A stretch of DNA of 64,000 nt from an uncultured Acidobacteriota bacterium (GTDB lineage: Bacteria; Acidobacteriota; Vicinamibacteria; Vicinamibacterales; 2-12-FULL-66-21). Under the pieces are notes generated by a model. The model was given only the letters and a program-made list of their open reading frames with translations, was not told where the DNA came from and searched no databases. Location of the stretch: contig CAWIAX010000003.1 of assembly GCA_963834305.1 (NCBI GenBank), positions 838,816 to 902,815 on the forward strand, given 5' to 3'. The translations under genes were made by a program, and so were the position numbers. The first letter of the stretch is position 1. Each line of letters begins with the position of its first letter. Shown here piece by piece: positions 30,814 through 41,219 of the stretch.

Positions 30814-31941
30814 CGTCGTAGGTCGGCCGCGTGCGCCCGTCACGCAGGCGGACGCCGGCTGAGGACTGCGCCGCGACCAGCACGCCATCGGCCTGTTCAT
30901 GGCGGCACGACACCGAGACGATGCCGTGGGAGGAGAGGGGACGGACCTCACCCGCTTCGCTGACGCCGTTGCGGTTGACGTCGTGCCAGATCGCCAGGTA
31001 ACGCAGCTCGAGGCCGGTCAGTTCCCCGTCGCGATTGTCGTCGAGCGCCGCGAGCGCCTCGTAGCCGTGCGTCCAGAAGAGCCAGAAGGTCGCGTTGCCG
31101 AACAGCTGGAGGGCGGAGGTGATCTGCCCTTTCCCGGCTGGATCGTAGACGAGCCATCCGGCCTCCGCCGCTGATCCACGTCCAGCGCCGCGCCAGGCCG
31201 GTGCCATCCGCGTCGAAGGCGACGCGGGCGTCCAGGTCGACGATCCGCTTCACGGGTACGTTCTCGTCCAGGGGTATGGCGATCGGCGTGATGGCGCGCG
31301 GCACCGCGCGCAGCCGCAACGCGCGGCTCTGGAGCTCGCGGATCTCGTCCGCGTCGCGCCGGGCATCGAGCAGCGGGACCAGGTAGCGGATGGTCTCCTC
31401 GGTGTAGAAGCGCTCGCCGGGCATGGCGGCGCGCGCCGACTGCTCCTTCGGCCAGGCGCGCTCGATCACCCGCCGGTATTCGGCGATCGCCCCGGCCCGG
31501 TCGCCGGACTGCTCGAGCGTCCACCCGTAGCCGATGCGGGCCGAGCAGGCTGCCGGGGTTCTCCTCGAGCGCGGCGCGATAGTGCTCGATGCTTCGCTCG
31601 AGGAAACGCCGCGACGCCTCGCCCCTCGCCGTGCCCGGCGCGGCGACCTGCCGGGGAACCAGGTCGGGCTCATAGCCGAACCAGACCTCCTCGCTGCCAG
31701 TGCCCGCCCCCCCGCTGGCAGGCAGCTCATCCACGTTCTGCGCGTACGCCATCGCGAACAGGCGCGCCAGCTTGAGGTGGATCTCCGGGTCGTTCGGGGT
31801 GGCCGCCAGCTCCTTCTCCAGGTTGGCCACCAGCCGGGCCACCGGGACGGTCCGGGTTTCGGTCCGCATGTAGAGCGCCGCGGGGCGGCTGCCCGCCAGG
31901 ATTGCCAGGATCACGACGACTGCCGCGCCGGTGCGCCTCAT
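30719..31941 (-). pseudogene. Secreted hypothetical protein with two EF-hand-like calcium-binding loops, at least 2 frame switches; 3' end uncertain
   Basis: ATG 31941 gives MRRTGAAVVVILAILAGS... (track ORF 31018-32550 frame). The middle is in the frame of ORF 30948-31730 (RIGYGWTLEQSGDRAGAIAEYRRVIERAW...). The C-terminal part is in the frame of ORF 30719-31207 and carries DDNRDGELTGLE and DVNRNGVSEAGE (DxNxDG....E loops). Confidence 0.5.
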
Positions 31942-31961
31942 GCCGACCTCCTGTTTGCCTC

Positions 31962-31990
31962 TTGTGCTTCTTAGACCGACACAATATAAG
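31962..31990 (+). promoter_or_regulatory. Sigma70-like promoter candidate TTGTGC-N17-TATAAG upstream of the DGQHR gene
   Basis: -35 at 31962-31967 and -10 at 31985-31990, in an AT-rich patch of the divergent intergenic region, about 78 nt upstream of ATG 32068. Confidence 0.35.
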
Positions 31991-32067
31991 ATTGGCCGCG
32001 CCGGCCAGACCCGAAGCGTCGAACCACCAGCCCCGCAGCGCTGGGAGACCAAGGACGACTGAATCCC

Positions 32068-33204
32068 ATGATCAGCGTTGCCGCGATCCGAATGCAGCAG
32101 TTCGGCGTCCAGTTCTACCAGGCGTCGCTCACCGCCAGCGACATCGACAAGCTCGTCCGGTTCGAGGTGCTCAACTACGGCGAGCGCAGCCAGCCGGTCC
32201 GCGGCGTGCAGAAAGGGGCGCCGGCCCCCTCGAAGGTGAACTGGGACCTGCTCGAACGGCGCATCGCCTCGAACGAGAAGGCGTACCAGCGGCAGATCAT
32301 CCGCAAGAAGATCGACGAGCTCGTGCAGTACTACGAGCAGTGCCGTCAGGCGCGCGACCTGCCGTCCATCCCCGGCGCGGTCATCATCTCCTGCGACGAG
32401 GCGCTGCGGTTCGAGCCGGTCGAGCGAGGACGCCTCGGTCGGCACCCTGAAAGTGCCGGAGCGCGAAGGCATTCTGCGCGCGATCGACGGCCAGCACCGG
32501 CTGCTCGCGCTGCACGCCGACATCGAGCAGTTCGACGACGAGACGTTCACGGTGCCGGCGGTGATCTTCGACCGGCTACCCGAAGATCACGTCGTCCAGA
32601 TGTTCGTCACCATCAACGCGAAGCACACGCGGCTGAACGCCGTCGCATCTCGTGTCGCTGTCGGGACGCCAGCTGTACCGCGACGACAGTCTGGCGGCGG
32701 CGCACGACATCGTCCGGGCGCTGAACGACAGAGAGGACTCGCCGCTGCACGGCGACATCAAGCTGCTTGGCGTCGGCCACGGCCGCGTGGCGCAGGCGCC
32801 GCTGGCGCAGGAGCTGAAGAAGCTGTTTGCGGCCGACGCCTTCGGCGCCGGGACGAAGGGCGACGAGTTCCGCGAGGAGTCGCGCCGGTTCTTCGTCAAC
32901 TACTTCAAGCAGGTCGCGCAGGTGTTCGGCGCCGCGTGGAACGGCCGGAAGTACAGCATCAAGAGCGCGACGGCGCTCCGCGCCTTCATCCGCGTCGCCC
33001 CGGACGTCGTCCGGCGGCTCGATCAGGAGCATGCCGACCGGGCGGACTTCCGGGCGATCGGTCGGGTGATCGCGCCGTGGGGCCGACGAATCGGTGATCT
33101 GCGCTTCGAGACCGACGGCGCGTGGAAGCGAACGGGACGACGGTCGATCGCTGGCGAAGGAACTGCGGTTGGCGTTGCAGTATCCGGAAGGCGCGATGGT
33201 CTAG
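32068..33204 (+). pseudogene. DGQHR domain-containing protein (DndB-like, ParB/sulfiredoxin fold), 3 frame switches
   Basis: The N-terminus MISVAAIRMQQFGVQFYQASLTASDIDKLVRFEVL is in ORF 32068-32724. The literal motif GILRAIDGQHRLLAL and QMFVTINAKHTRLN are in ORF 32453-33097. The C-terminal part is in ORF 32652-33233, and the last 18 codons SLAKELRLALQYPEGAMV* are in a third frame ending at TAG 33202-33204. Confidence 0.75.
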
Positions 33205-33218
33205 GCACGACAAAAAAA

Positions 33219-33250
33219 GGGCATCGCCATTAGCGATGCCCTTGGTTTTT
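33219..33250 (+). terminator. Rho-independent terminator (bidirectional type)
   Basis: A perfect 9-bp stem GGGCATCGC/GCGATGCCC with a 5-nt loop CATTA, followed by TTGGTTTTT and preceded by AAAAAAA. It lies immediately after the DGQHR stop. Confidence 0.75.
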
Positions 33251-33411
33251 GCGGGCGACCCGGCTCCCCAGCAACTCACGGCTCCCTGCCGTAAATATTC
33301 AGGCCGCCAGCACCACCCTATAGAGCAACCGGTGTACCGCACTGCCACGCGATTCATGGATGATTTCAGCAATGTTCAGGGGCTTTCTCTACGGCAGAGC
33401 CTACGGAATTC

Positions 33412-35666
33412 GTGCATCGAATTACGAATCTGATCGTGGTCCTCGCAGTCCTTGGCGCCGTGCCGGCGCGTGCCCAGGAGCCGCCGCGTCCGCCACACTC
33501 CAGGGGGTGGTGGTCGACGCCCGGACTGGAGCGTCGCTGCCGCGCATCCGGGTCGGCGTCGAGGGTGGCCGCGCAGTCGAGACCGGTCCGGACGGCGGCT
33601 TCGTGCTCGAGCGGGCTGACGGCCGGCACAGTCCGGGTCTACGTGTCAGCCGTCGGCTACGGTCTGGCGCAGCGCACGGTGGAGATTGCCGGAGAGACTG
33701 TCGGAAGTGAGAATCCCGTTGAGCGAGGGGGCGGCGGCGTACACCGAAACCGTGACCGTCGGCGCCGATCGGTTCGAGCGGCCGGAGCCGGTTCCCTCAC
33801 AGCAGACCCTGGGCAGCGCGGAGCTGCAGAACCTGCGCGGCGTGCTGACCGACGACGCCCTGCGGGCGGTGCAGGTGTTGCCGGGGGTGGCGACAGGAGA
33901 CGATTTCCGGAGTGAGTTCAGCGTCCGGGGCAGCGATTTCTCGCACCTGAACTTCACGGTCGACGGATTTGCCACGCCGTTCGTGATGCACATGGTTCGC
34001 GCGGTGGACGAACGCGCGAACACCGGCTCGGTGTCGATGGTCAACAGCGACGTGCTCGAGGAGCGTGACGCTGTCGAACGGTGGATACGCGCAGCGGTCG
34101 GGCAACCGGACCGGTGCGGAGCTGGCGTTCCCGATCCGCGAGGGATCGAGGGACCGGAGGGTCGTGCGAGCCTCGGTCAGCGGGACCAGCGCGTCGATGA
34201 CCGCCGAGGGGCCCGTCGGCCGCGGACGAAAGGGATCGTGGCTCGTCTCCGGCCGCAAGAGCTATCTCGACCTCCTGATCGATCGCTGAGCGACGAGGGC
34301 CTGAGCTTCGGCTTTGCCGACCTGCAGGCCAAGGTGCGGTACGACGTCTCACCGCGGCACTCGGCCACCATGACGTTCATTGCCGGAGACTCCCGGCTGC
34401 GCGAGATCCCGCAGCAGGCCGACGAGAGCGACCTGTTCGTCGGCAACAACGCCTCGGCCATCGCCATTGGCAGCTGGCGGACCACATCGGCCGGGGGCTC
34501 GTCACCACCGCCGTGCTGGCGGCACGGAACGTCTTCGACAACTACACTCTGGGCGGCGTCAGAATCTCGAGGAGGGCACGAACCACCAGGTCGCGGTGCG
34601 CTCGGATCTCAGCCTGCGCGTCGACCGCGGCTGAGCTCGAAACCGGCGTTCTGGCGGAGCATACGTCGCGAGTTTCAGCGCAAGCAGCGCCTGACCGGCG
34701 CAGACCGCCGTCGCTCTCAACGACTATCGTGCGGACGGCGTCCGCCAGGGTGGTTATGCGCGTGTCCGCATCTCGACCGGCAGGCTGACGCTGTCGCCGG
34801 GGTGGCGCGTGGACTACTGGGATCTCACCCGCCAGACGACGGCGTCGCCGTGGCTGCAGGCGGAGCTGGCGCTGCCGCGCGGCCTCACGCTGCGCGGAGC
34901 GGGCGGGCTGTATCAGCAGTTCCCCGATTTCGAGGAGGTGCGCGGCGCCTTTGCCGGCGCCGTCGGTGCAGCCGGAGTCGGCGGTCCACGCCGACCTCAG
35001 CCTCGAGCAGCGGCTGTCCGAGGCGACCCGGTTCCAGGTGACGTTCTACAACCGCGAAGATCGACGACCTGATCCGGCGGCCCGGCGCGGATACCCGTCT
35101 GGCCGGCGGGCGGCTGGTGCGAGGCTCGCTGACCGCGCCCTACGCCAACCGCCTCGACGGCCACGCGCGCGGCGCGGAGTTCCTGCTGCAGCGCAGCTCG
35201 CCGCGGGCGTTCTCGGGCTGGCTGTCCTACGCGTTCGGCCGCAACCGGTATGCGGACGTCGTGTCGGGGGAGCACGTACTGGGGCGATCTCGACCAGCGC
35301 CACACGCTGAATGCGTACGCCTTCTACCGGTTCTCGCACCGGTTCAGCAGCAGCGTCAAGTTCAGGATGGGGAGCAACTTCCCGATCCCGGGCTACTACG
35401 CCGAGCAGGGAGCCGGCTACACGCTGAGCGAGAACCGCAACAGCGCGCGGCTGCCGTCGTACGCCCGCCTCGATCTCCGGGCCAACCGGACGTTCGACTG
35501 GACCCGCCGGCGGCTGACGCTGTTCGTTGAAGTGCTGAACGTGCTCAACCGCGAGAACGTCCGCTTCAACCCGCCGCGCGTCAGCAGCGCGACGCGTGAG
35601 GTGACGCGGCTCTTCGATTCGCTCGTGCCCGTGGTCCCGTCCGCGGGGATTCTGTTCGAGTTCTGA
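33412..35666 (+). pseudogene. TonB-dependent receptor (CarboxypepD_reg + plug + barrel), at least 10 frame switches
   Basis: GTG 33412 gives MHRITNLIVVLAVLGAVPARAQ. Conserved pieces are scattered over all three frames (ATLQGVVVDARTGASLP, YTETVTVGADRFE, LRAVQVLPGVATGDDFRSEFSVRGSDFSHLNFTVDG, GRKSYLDLLIDR). The barrel end is intact in ORF 35250-35666 and finishes with the C-terminal F (...SAGILFEF). Confidence 0.75.
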
Positions 35667-35736
35667 CCCGGACATGCGCCGAGGCGAGCCCTCAACCTGT
35701 GATATCGATTGGCGCAGGGGCGAACAGGAAGAGCCG

Positions 35737-36459
35737 GTGACGAGCGGGACCATCCATCTCTGGACCATCGACCTCGACGCGGCCGCGGCCATCCCGTCGC
35801 TGCTCGAGACGCTGAGCAGCGAGGAGCTGCGAGCGGTCGGACCGTTTCAGGACGACGGAGCTGCGCCTGCGGTTCATCGCCGCACACGGGGCAACGCGGG
35901 CGATCCTGGCGAGGTACAGCTGACACCAATCCGGCCGCCATCCGGTTCGGGACAACGGCATCCGGCAAGCCGTTCCTGGCTGAAGGGGGGGTGTCGTTCA
36001 ACCTGTCGCACTCCGACGGGCTGGCCGTCTGCGCGGTGGCGCGTGAGGGGCAGCTCGGGGTGGACGTGGAGCGGGTCCGGCGGATCGTGGATGCGGATGC
36101 GATCGTGACGCGGTTCTTTGCCGCCGGCGAAGCCCGCCGGTATGCCGCGCTCGCGCCCGCCGACCGCGACGCCGCGTTCTTCAGCGCCTGGACCCGCAAG
36201 GAGGCATTCGTCAAGGCCATCGGCGATGGCCTGCAGTGTCCGCTCGGCTCCTTCGAGGTGGACATCTCGCCGGCCGCCGCGTGGAGCCCTGGATTGTCGT
36301 GCCGGACGGCCGGGCCCTGGCAGCTTCGCTCGTTCGAGCCGGCTGCCGGCTACACGGGCGCGGTCGCCTGCGACCGTCCCATCCGCGCGCTGGAGCGCTT
36401 CACCTTCGGGGATCGGCCGCACACGGCGGCGTCCGGTCCCGTCTCGCTGGCAGGGATGA
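35737..36459 (+). pseudogene. Sfp-type 4'-phosphopantetheinyl transferase, at least 2 frame switches; boundaries approximate
   Basis: GTG 35737 gives VTSGTIHLWTIDLD...SSEELRA. Later come FGTTASGKPFLAEGGVSFNLSHSDGLAVCAVA, QLGVDVERV and FSAWTRKEAFVKAIGDGL. The likely stop is the TGA of the ATGA at 36456-36459, overlapping pxpA. Confidence 0.6.
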
Positions 36460-37235
36460 TGGCTGTCGATCTGAATGCCGATCTGGGCGAGTCGTTCGGG
36501 CCGTGGACGCTCGGCAGCGACGCGGCGGTGCTGGCCAGCATCACCTCCGCCAACGTGGCGTGCGGCTTTCACGCCGGCGATCCCGGCATCATGCGGCAGA
36601 CGGTCAGGGCGGCCCGCGCGGCGGGCGTTGCCGTCGGCGCCCATCCCGGCTTCCCCGATCTCGCCGGCTTTGGCCGCCGGCAGCTCGCCGCCAGCCCGCG
36701 CGAGGTCGAGGACTTCGTGCTCTACCAGATCGGAGCGCTCGCCGCGATCGCGGCGGCCGAGGGCGTCGGGCTGCAGCACGTCAAGCCGCACGGCGCGCTC
36801 TACAACATGGCCGTCCGCGACAGGGCCCTGGCCGATGCGGTGGCCCGCGCGGCCGCGTCGTTCGACTCTTCGCTCGTCCTGTTCGGTCCACCCGGCTCTG
36901 AGCTGGTGCGGGCGGGCGAGTCGGCGGGCCTGGCCGTGGCCGCCGAGGGCTTCGCCGATCGGGCCTACGAGCCCGACGGCACGCTGGCGCCCCGCACGCG
37001 CGCCGGCGCGGTCCTCCACGATCCGGACATCGTCGTGGCCCGGGCCGTCCGGATGGCGCGCGAGGGGGTGGTGCTCGCCGCGGATGGAACCGACATTCCG
37101 CTGCGCGTCGCCACCATCTGCGTCCATGGCGACACACCGGGCGCGGCGGAGCTGACGCGCCTTATCCGTGCCGCGCTCACCGCCGCCGGCATACCGGTCC
37201 GGGCCGTCCGTGGCGCGGCCGGGGCAGGAGAGTGA
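36456..37235 (+). CDS. pxpA: 5-oxoprolinase subunit A (LamB/YcsF family)
   Basis: MMAVDLNADLGESFGPWTLGSD...ANVACGFHAGDP...LQHVKPHGALYN...ICVHGDTPGA is the canonical PxpA pattern. The gene is intact, and the 508-aa track ORF fuses it artefactually to the upstream gene. Confidence 0.85.
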   Translation: MMAVDLNADLGESFGPWTLGSDAAVLASITSANVACGFHAGDPGIMRQTVRAARAAGVAVGAHPGFPDLAGFGRRQLAASPREVEDFVLYQIGALAAIAAAEGVGLQHVKPHGALYNMAVRDRALADAVARAAASFDSSLVLFGPPGSELVRAGESAGLAVAAEGFADRAYEPDGTLAPRTRAGAVLHDPDIVVARAVRMAREGVVLAADGTDIPLRVATICVHGDTPGAAELTRLIRAALTAAGIPVRAVRGAAGAGE

Positions 37236-38504
37236 CGGCCGCCTCGCCGTCAGGCGCGTCTGGAGGATGGCTGTTCGGCTGGTGGCGGGCCGGGAGCGTG
37301 GAGGGGCGGCGCGCGCTCGTCGCGGCCGGACTCGGCTGGATGCTCGACTCCTTCGACGTGATGCTGTACGCGCTCGTCCTGGCGTCGCTCATCCAGGATC
37401 TCGGCATCTCGAAGGAGACCGCCGGGCTGCTCGGCTCGGCGACGCTGCTCGCTTCCGCCGCCGGCGGCGTGGCGATCGGGGTCGTCGCCGATCGCTACGG
37501 CCGGACGCGGGCCCTGATGGCCAGCGTCCTGATCTACTCGATCTTCACGGCGGCGTGCGGGCTCGCGCAGACAGTCGGGCAGCTCGCGGTCTTCCGCGTC
37601 CTGCTCGGCATCGGCATGGGCGGCGAATGGGCGAGCGGCGCGGCGCTGGTCTCGGAGACGTGGCCGGCGCGAACACCGCGGCAAGGCGCTCGGCCTCATG
37701 CAGAGCGCGTGGGCGATCGGCTACGGCGCCGCCGCGCTGGTCACGTGCTCGTGCTGCCGCGGTGGGGCTGGCGCGCCGTCTTCTTCGTCGGCGATCCTGC
37801 CGGCGTTCCTGACGATCTGGATCCGGCGCCGGGTCGAGGAGCCCGCGATCTGGCGCGAGACGCGCGGCGCCGCCGGCCGCGCGCCGCGCGAGCTGTCGAC
37901 CGACATCTTCGCGTCCGGGCCTCCTGCGGCTCACCGTCGCCGCTGACGGTGATGAACGCCTGCACGATGTTCGGGTGGTGGGGCTTCAACCTGTGGCTGC
38001 CCGGCTACCTGTCGCTGCCAGCCGCCCAGGGCGGGCGTCGGGTTCTCCACCGCCACCATGTCGTGCTTCATCGTCGCGATGCAGGTGGGCATGTGGCTCG
38101 GCTACGTCACCTTCGGCTTCATCAGCGACAGCCTCGGCCGCAAGCGCGCCTACGTCGCTGTACACTGCTGGCCGCGGCGCTGCTCCATCCTGGCCTACGT
38201 GCGCATCCGCGAGCCGCTGGCGCTGCTGCTGCTCGGGCCGTTCGTGGCGTTTTTCGCGACGGGCTACTTCAGCGGCTTCGGCGCGGTGACGGCGGAGATC
38301 TATCCGACCGCGATTCGTGCGACCGCCCAGGGGTTCACCTATAACATCGGACGGGTCGCCAGCGCGGCCGCGCCCTTCGCGGTGGGATCGCTCGCCCAGA
38401 CCCGGGGGTTCGACACGGCGCTGTCGCTGACCGCCGCGGCTTTTCTCCTGGCGGCGTTGAGCTGGCGGTGGATTCCGGAAACCCGCGGCAGGGCCCTGGC
38501 CTGA
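37232..38504 (+). pseudogene. MFS transporter, at least 4 frame switches
   Basis: The GTG overlaps the pxpA stop (GTGA). Motifs LDSFDVMLYALVL, GVVADRYGRTRAL and LLGIGMGGEWASGAALVSETWPA are in the ORF 37232 frame. MQSAWAIGYGAAAL, FLTIWIRRRVEEP and the intact C-terminal half (ORF 38058-38504: ...GYFSGFGAVTAEIYPTAIRATAQGFTYNIGR) are in other frames. Confidence 0.7.
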
Positions 38505-38551
38505 CCGCGGCCGGCCGGTCCAATTCGTGCTGTCTCCGGTGGGGGTAGCGT

Positions 38552-38773
38552 GTGTTGAAAGGTTCTAAACCCGGTCTTATCAAGAAGATCCAGCCAGTAA
38601 GCGTGCACGGGCAGCTGTCGCTGGACGTTTACTTCGTTGACCCTGACGACCCGGAAGGGCAGCCTACCCGCGTCAGGGTGGGGCCCGAATCGATTCCAGG
38701 CGACCTCGAGCCCGGTGATGTGGTGCAGATGCACTTCATGTTAGGGGTGGTGACAGAAATTACAAGACAGTAG
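38552..38773 (+). CDS. Small hypothetical protein (73 aa), compositionally atypical
   Basis: Track ORF MLKGSKPGLIKKIQPVSVHGQLSLDVYFVDPDDPEGQPTRVRVGPESIPGDLEPGDVVQMHFMLGVVTEITRQ. Many A/T-ending codons, unlike its neighbours. No family recognised, so coding status is uncertain. Confidence 0.4.
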   Translation: MLKGSKPGLIKKIQPVSVHGQLSLDVYFVDPDDPEGQPTRVRVGPESIPGDLEPGDVVQMHFMLGVVTEITRQ

Positions 38774-38904
38774 CGAGCGCACGGGCGCTCCGTGCCGGAG
38801 CCGTGGTGCCGGTTGTTCCGCCCGGCGAATCACGGTAAACTGTTGAAGTTCCCCGCCCTTTTGAGGAGTTCCCGCTATGTCTGAGGATCGTTCGCAGCCA
38901 GGCC

Positions 38905-39756
38905 GTGCCCTGTCTGTTTCACACTTCCGCGCGGGTGCTGGCGTCGGCGGCCCTCGGCGGTCGTGACCCTGCGCAGGCCTGGGCGGGGATCGCACGGTGC
39001 ACGCGCAATTTCCCCCACCGGCGACGACCGCCGAAGACCGCGCCGGGCGCGCCGGCCGCCACGCCGGCGGACACGGCCGCGCTGCCGTCGGCCCGCAGCA
39101 TCCTGGACCGCCACGTTGCGGCCATCGGCGGGCGCGACGCCATCCTCAGCCACAGCTCCATGTACGTCCAGGGCACGCTCAGCATGCCGTCGGCGGGCCT
39201 GACCGGCACGCTCGAGATCTACGGCGCGAAGCCCGACAAGTCGCTGCTCAAGATTTCCCTCGCCGGAGTGGGACGAGGTGGTCGAGGGCTTCAACGGCAC
39301 CCATCGGCTGGAGCGTGTCGCCGATGACCGGCCCGATGGTGCTGGAAGGGCGCCAGCTCGAAGAGAAGCGTTTCGACGCCGACTTCCACGGCGAGCTGCG
39401 CGGCGCCGATCGCTACGCATCGATGACCACCCTGGAGCGGACCGACTTCGAAGGCCGGCCGTGCTACAAGGTCCGGCTGGTGCGGAAGTCCGGCGGCGAG
39501 GATACCGAGTTCTACGACGTGGAGACCGGCCTCAAGGCGGGCAGCATCACCACGCGGGAAACCCAGATGGGCACGGTCACCGGTACGACCGTAGCCACGA
39601 ACTATCGCAAGTTCGGCAACCTGCTGCATCCCGCCGACGGTGCGCAGCCAGATCGGCCCGGTGCAGCAGCTCGTCACCATCACCTCCGTCGAATACGACC
39701 GCGTGCCGTCATCGGTGTTCGACCTGCCGGCTGATATCGCAGCGCTCGTCAAGTGA
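38905..39756 (+). pseudogene. Hypothetical secreted protein (LolA-like/outer-membrane lipoprotein-sorting-like by eye), at least 2 frame switches; start uncertain
   Basis: Pieces ARSILDRHVAAIGGRDAILSHSSMYVQGTLSMPSAGLTGTLEIYGAKPDKSLLKISLAGVG (ORF 38905) / VEGFNGTHGWSVSPMTGPMVLEGRQLEEKRFDADFHGEL...CYKVRLVRKSGGEDTEFYDVETGL (ORF 38997) / the end VQQLVTITSVEYDRVPSSVFDLPADIAALVK*. The TGA at 39754-39756 overlaps the next gene start. Confidence 0.5.
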
Positions 39757-41219
39757 ACCGCCGCGCCCCCCGTTCGACGGCCCTCGGCACCTCCGTGCGC
39801 GCCGGCATCTTCGCCGCCGCCGTCGCGATCGCGGCGAGCGCGGCTGCCGCCCAGGCTCCGCAGGCGGCGGAAACCTTCGACGCCGCCTGGCGCATCGTCC
39901 GCGACTCGCACTTCGACAAGTCGCTGAACGGCGTGGACTGGAACGCCGTGTCCGCCGAGCTGCGGCCCAGGGCGGCGGCGGCGCAATCGGTTGGCGAGCT
40001 GCGCGCCGTGCTCCGCGAGATGCTCGGACGCCTCGGCCAGTCGCATTTCACCGTGATCCCGGCAACCGCCGACGTCGTGGGCGAGGTCCCCAGAGATCTC
40101 GGCGGCAGTCCCGGCTTCGAGGTGCGGCTGGTGGGCGGCGACCTGCTCGTGACGGCAGTGGACGCCGTTGGCGGCGGCGCGACCGCCGGCGTGCAGACCG
40201 GCTGGAAGCTGCAGGCGGTGGACGGGACGGCGATGCCGCAGCTGCTGGCCGCGCTGCCGGATGGCCTCGAGCCCCGGCTGCTGCAGGTGGAAGCGTGGCG
40301 CATCGCGCATGCGCGGCTGCGCGGCCCGGCGGGCTCGCGCGCCAGCATGACCTTCGAAGATGGCGCCGGCCGATCCGTGACGCTCCCGGTCGTCCGGCGG
40401 CAGGAAGCCGGCCAGCCGGTCACCGTCGGCAACCTGCCGACGATGTTCGTCCGCGTCGAGACGCGCGCCGTCCAGACACCCGCCGGCCGCGGCGCCGGCC
40501 TCATCGGCTTCAACGTCTGGATGGCGGCGGTCGATCCGTTGTTCAGCCGCGCGGTCGACGACTTCCGCCAGCAGGACGGGATCGTCATCGACCTGCGCGG
40601 CAATCCCGGCGGGCTCGCGGCGATGCTGATGGGCATCTCCGGGCATTTCATCGACGAGCGCAAGCCGCTCGGCGTGATGACGACGCGCGACAACGAGCTG
40701 CGCTTCAACGTGAATCCGCGCCGGGTCAACGCCGGGGGGAGCGGGTCCAGCCGTTCGACGGCCCGGTCGCCATCCTCGTCGACGCCATGAGCGGAAGCGC
40801 CTCGGAGTGTTTCACCGGCGGCATGCAGTCGGTCGGCCGCGCGCGGGTCTTCGGCCAGCGGACGATGGGGCAGGCGCTGCCGGCGCTGTTCGCGCAGCTG
40901 CCCGAATGGCGACGTGCTGATTCACGCCTACGGCGACTTCGTCACCGCCGACGGCACCCGGCTCGAGGGTCGCGGCGTCATTCCCGACGAGGTGGTGCCG
41001 CTCGACCGCGGCGACCTGCTGGCCGGGCGCGATCGCACGCTCGACGCCGCACTCGCGTGGATCGATGCGGCCGCCGCGGACCGCCCCGGACTCGGCGTCG
41101 GGAAAGCGCTGATGCGCACTTCCCGTACTGTTGCGCTCGGGGTCCACCTCTGCTACACTCGAAGAACCTGCGCGCGCGATTTTCCAGCCAATCTACACAG
41201 GACCACATCGGGGGAGTGA
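39753..41219 (+). pseudogene. S41-family (C-terminal processing/tricorn-like) serine peptidase, at least 2 frame switches; true 3' end uncertain
   Basis: Signal MNRRAPRSTALGTSVRAGIFAAAVAIAASAAAAQA. Motifs FDAAWRIVRDSHFD, a PDZ-like segment, and IVIDLRGNPGG (ORF 39753). Then FDGPVAILVDAMSGSASECF (catalytic Ser region) and DVLIHAYGDFVTADGTRLEGRGVIPD lie in two other frames. The last about 100 nt look like promoter sequence rather than coding. Confidence 0.7.
41131..41159 (+). promoter_or_regulatory. Sigma70-like promoter candidate TTGCGC-N17-TACACT
   Basis: -35 at 41131-41136 and -10 at 41154-41159. This is about 60 nt upstream of ATG 41220, which has a GGGGGAG Shine-Dalgarno. Confidence 0.4.

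Noticed and set aside
33251-33411. Riboswitch (e.g. cobalamin) or small RNA in the 160-nt lower-GC leader of the frame-broken TonB receptor
   Set aside because: I could not find a B12-box-like core or any convincing conserved riboswitch motif by eye. Covariance-model scanning would be needed.
33397-33420. Inverted repeat AATTCG-TGCAT-CGAATT overlapping the GTG start of the TonB receptor
   Set aside because: The arms are short (6 bp) and built around a GAATTC palindrome. There is no second copy or associated regulator, so it is likely incidental.
35709-37235. 508-aa PPTase-PxpA fusion protein suggested by the ORF track
   Set aside because: An ATGA start/stop overlap motif sits exactly at the PxpA N-terminus (36456-36459). 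PxpA aligns from its own Met (MMAVDLNADLGES). The continuous frame is most simply an indel artefact, though a real fusion is not fully excluded.
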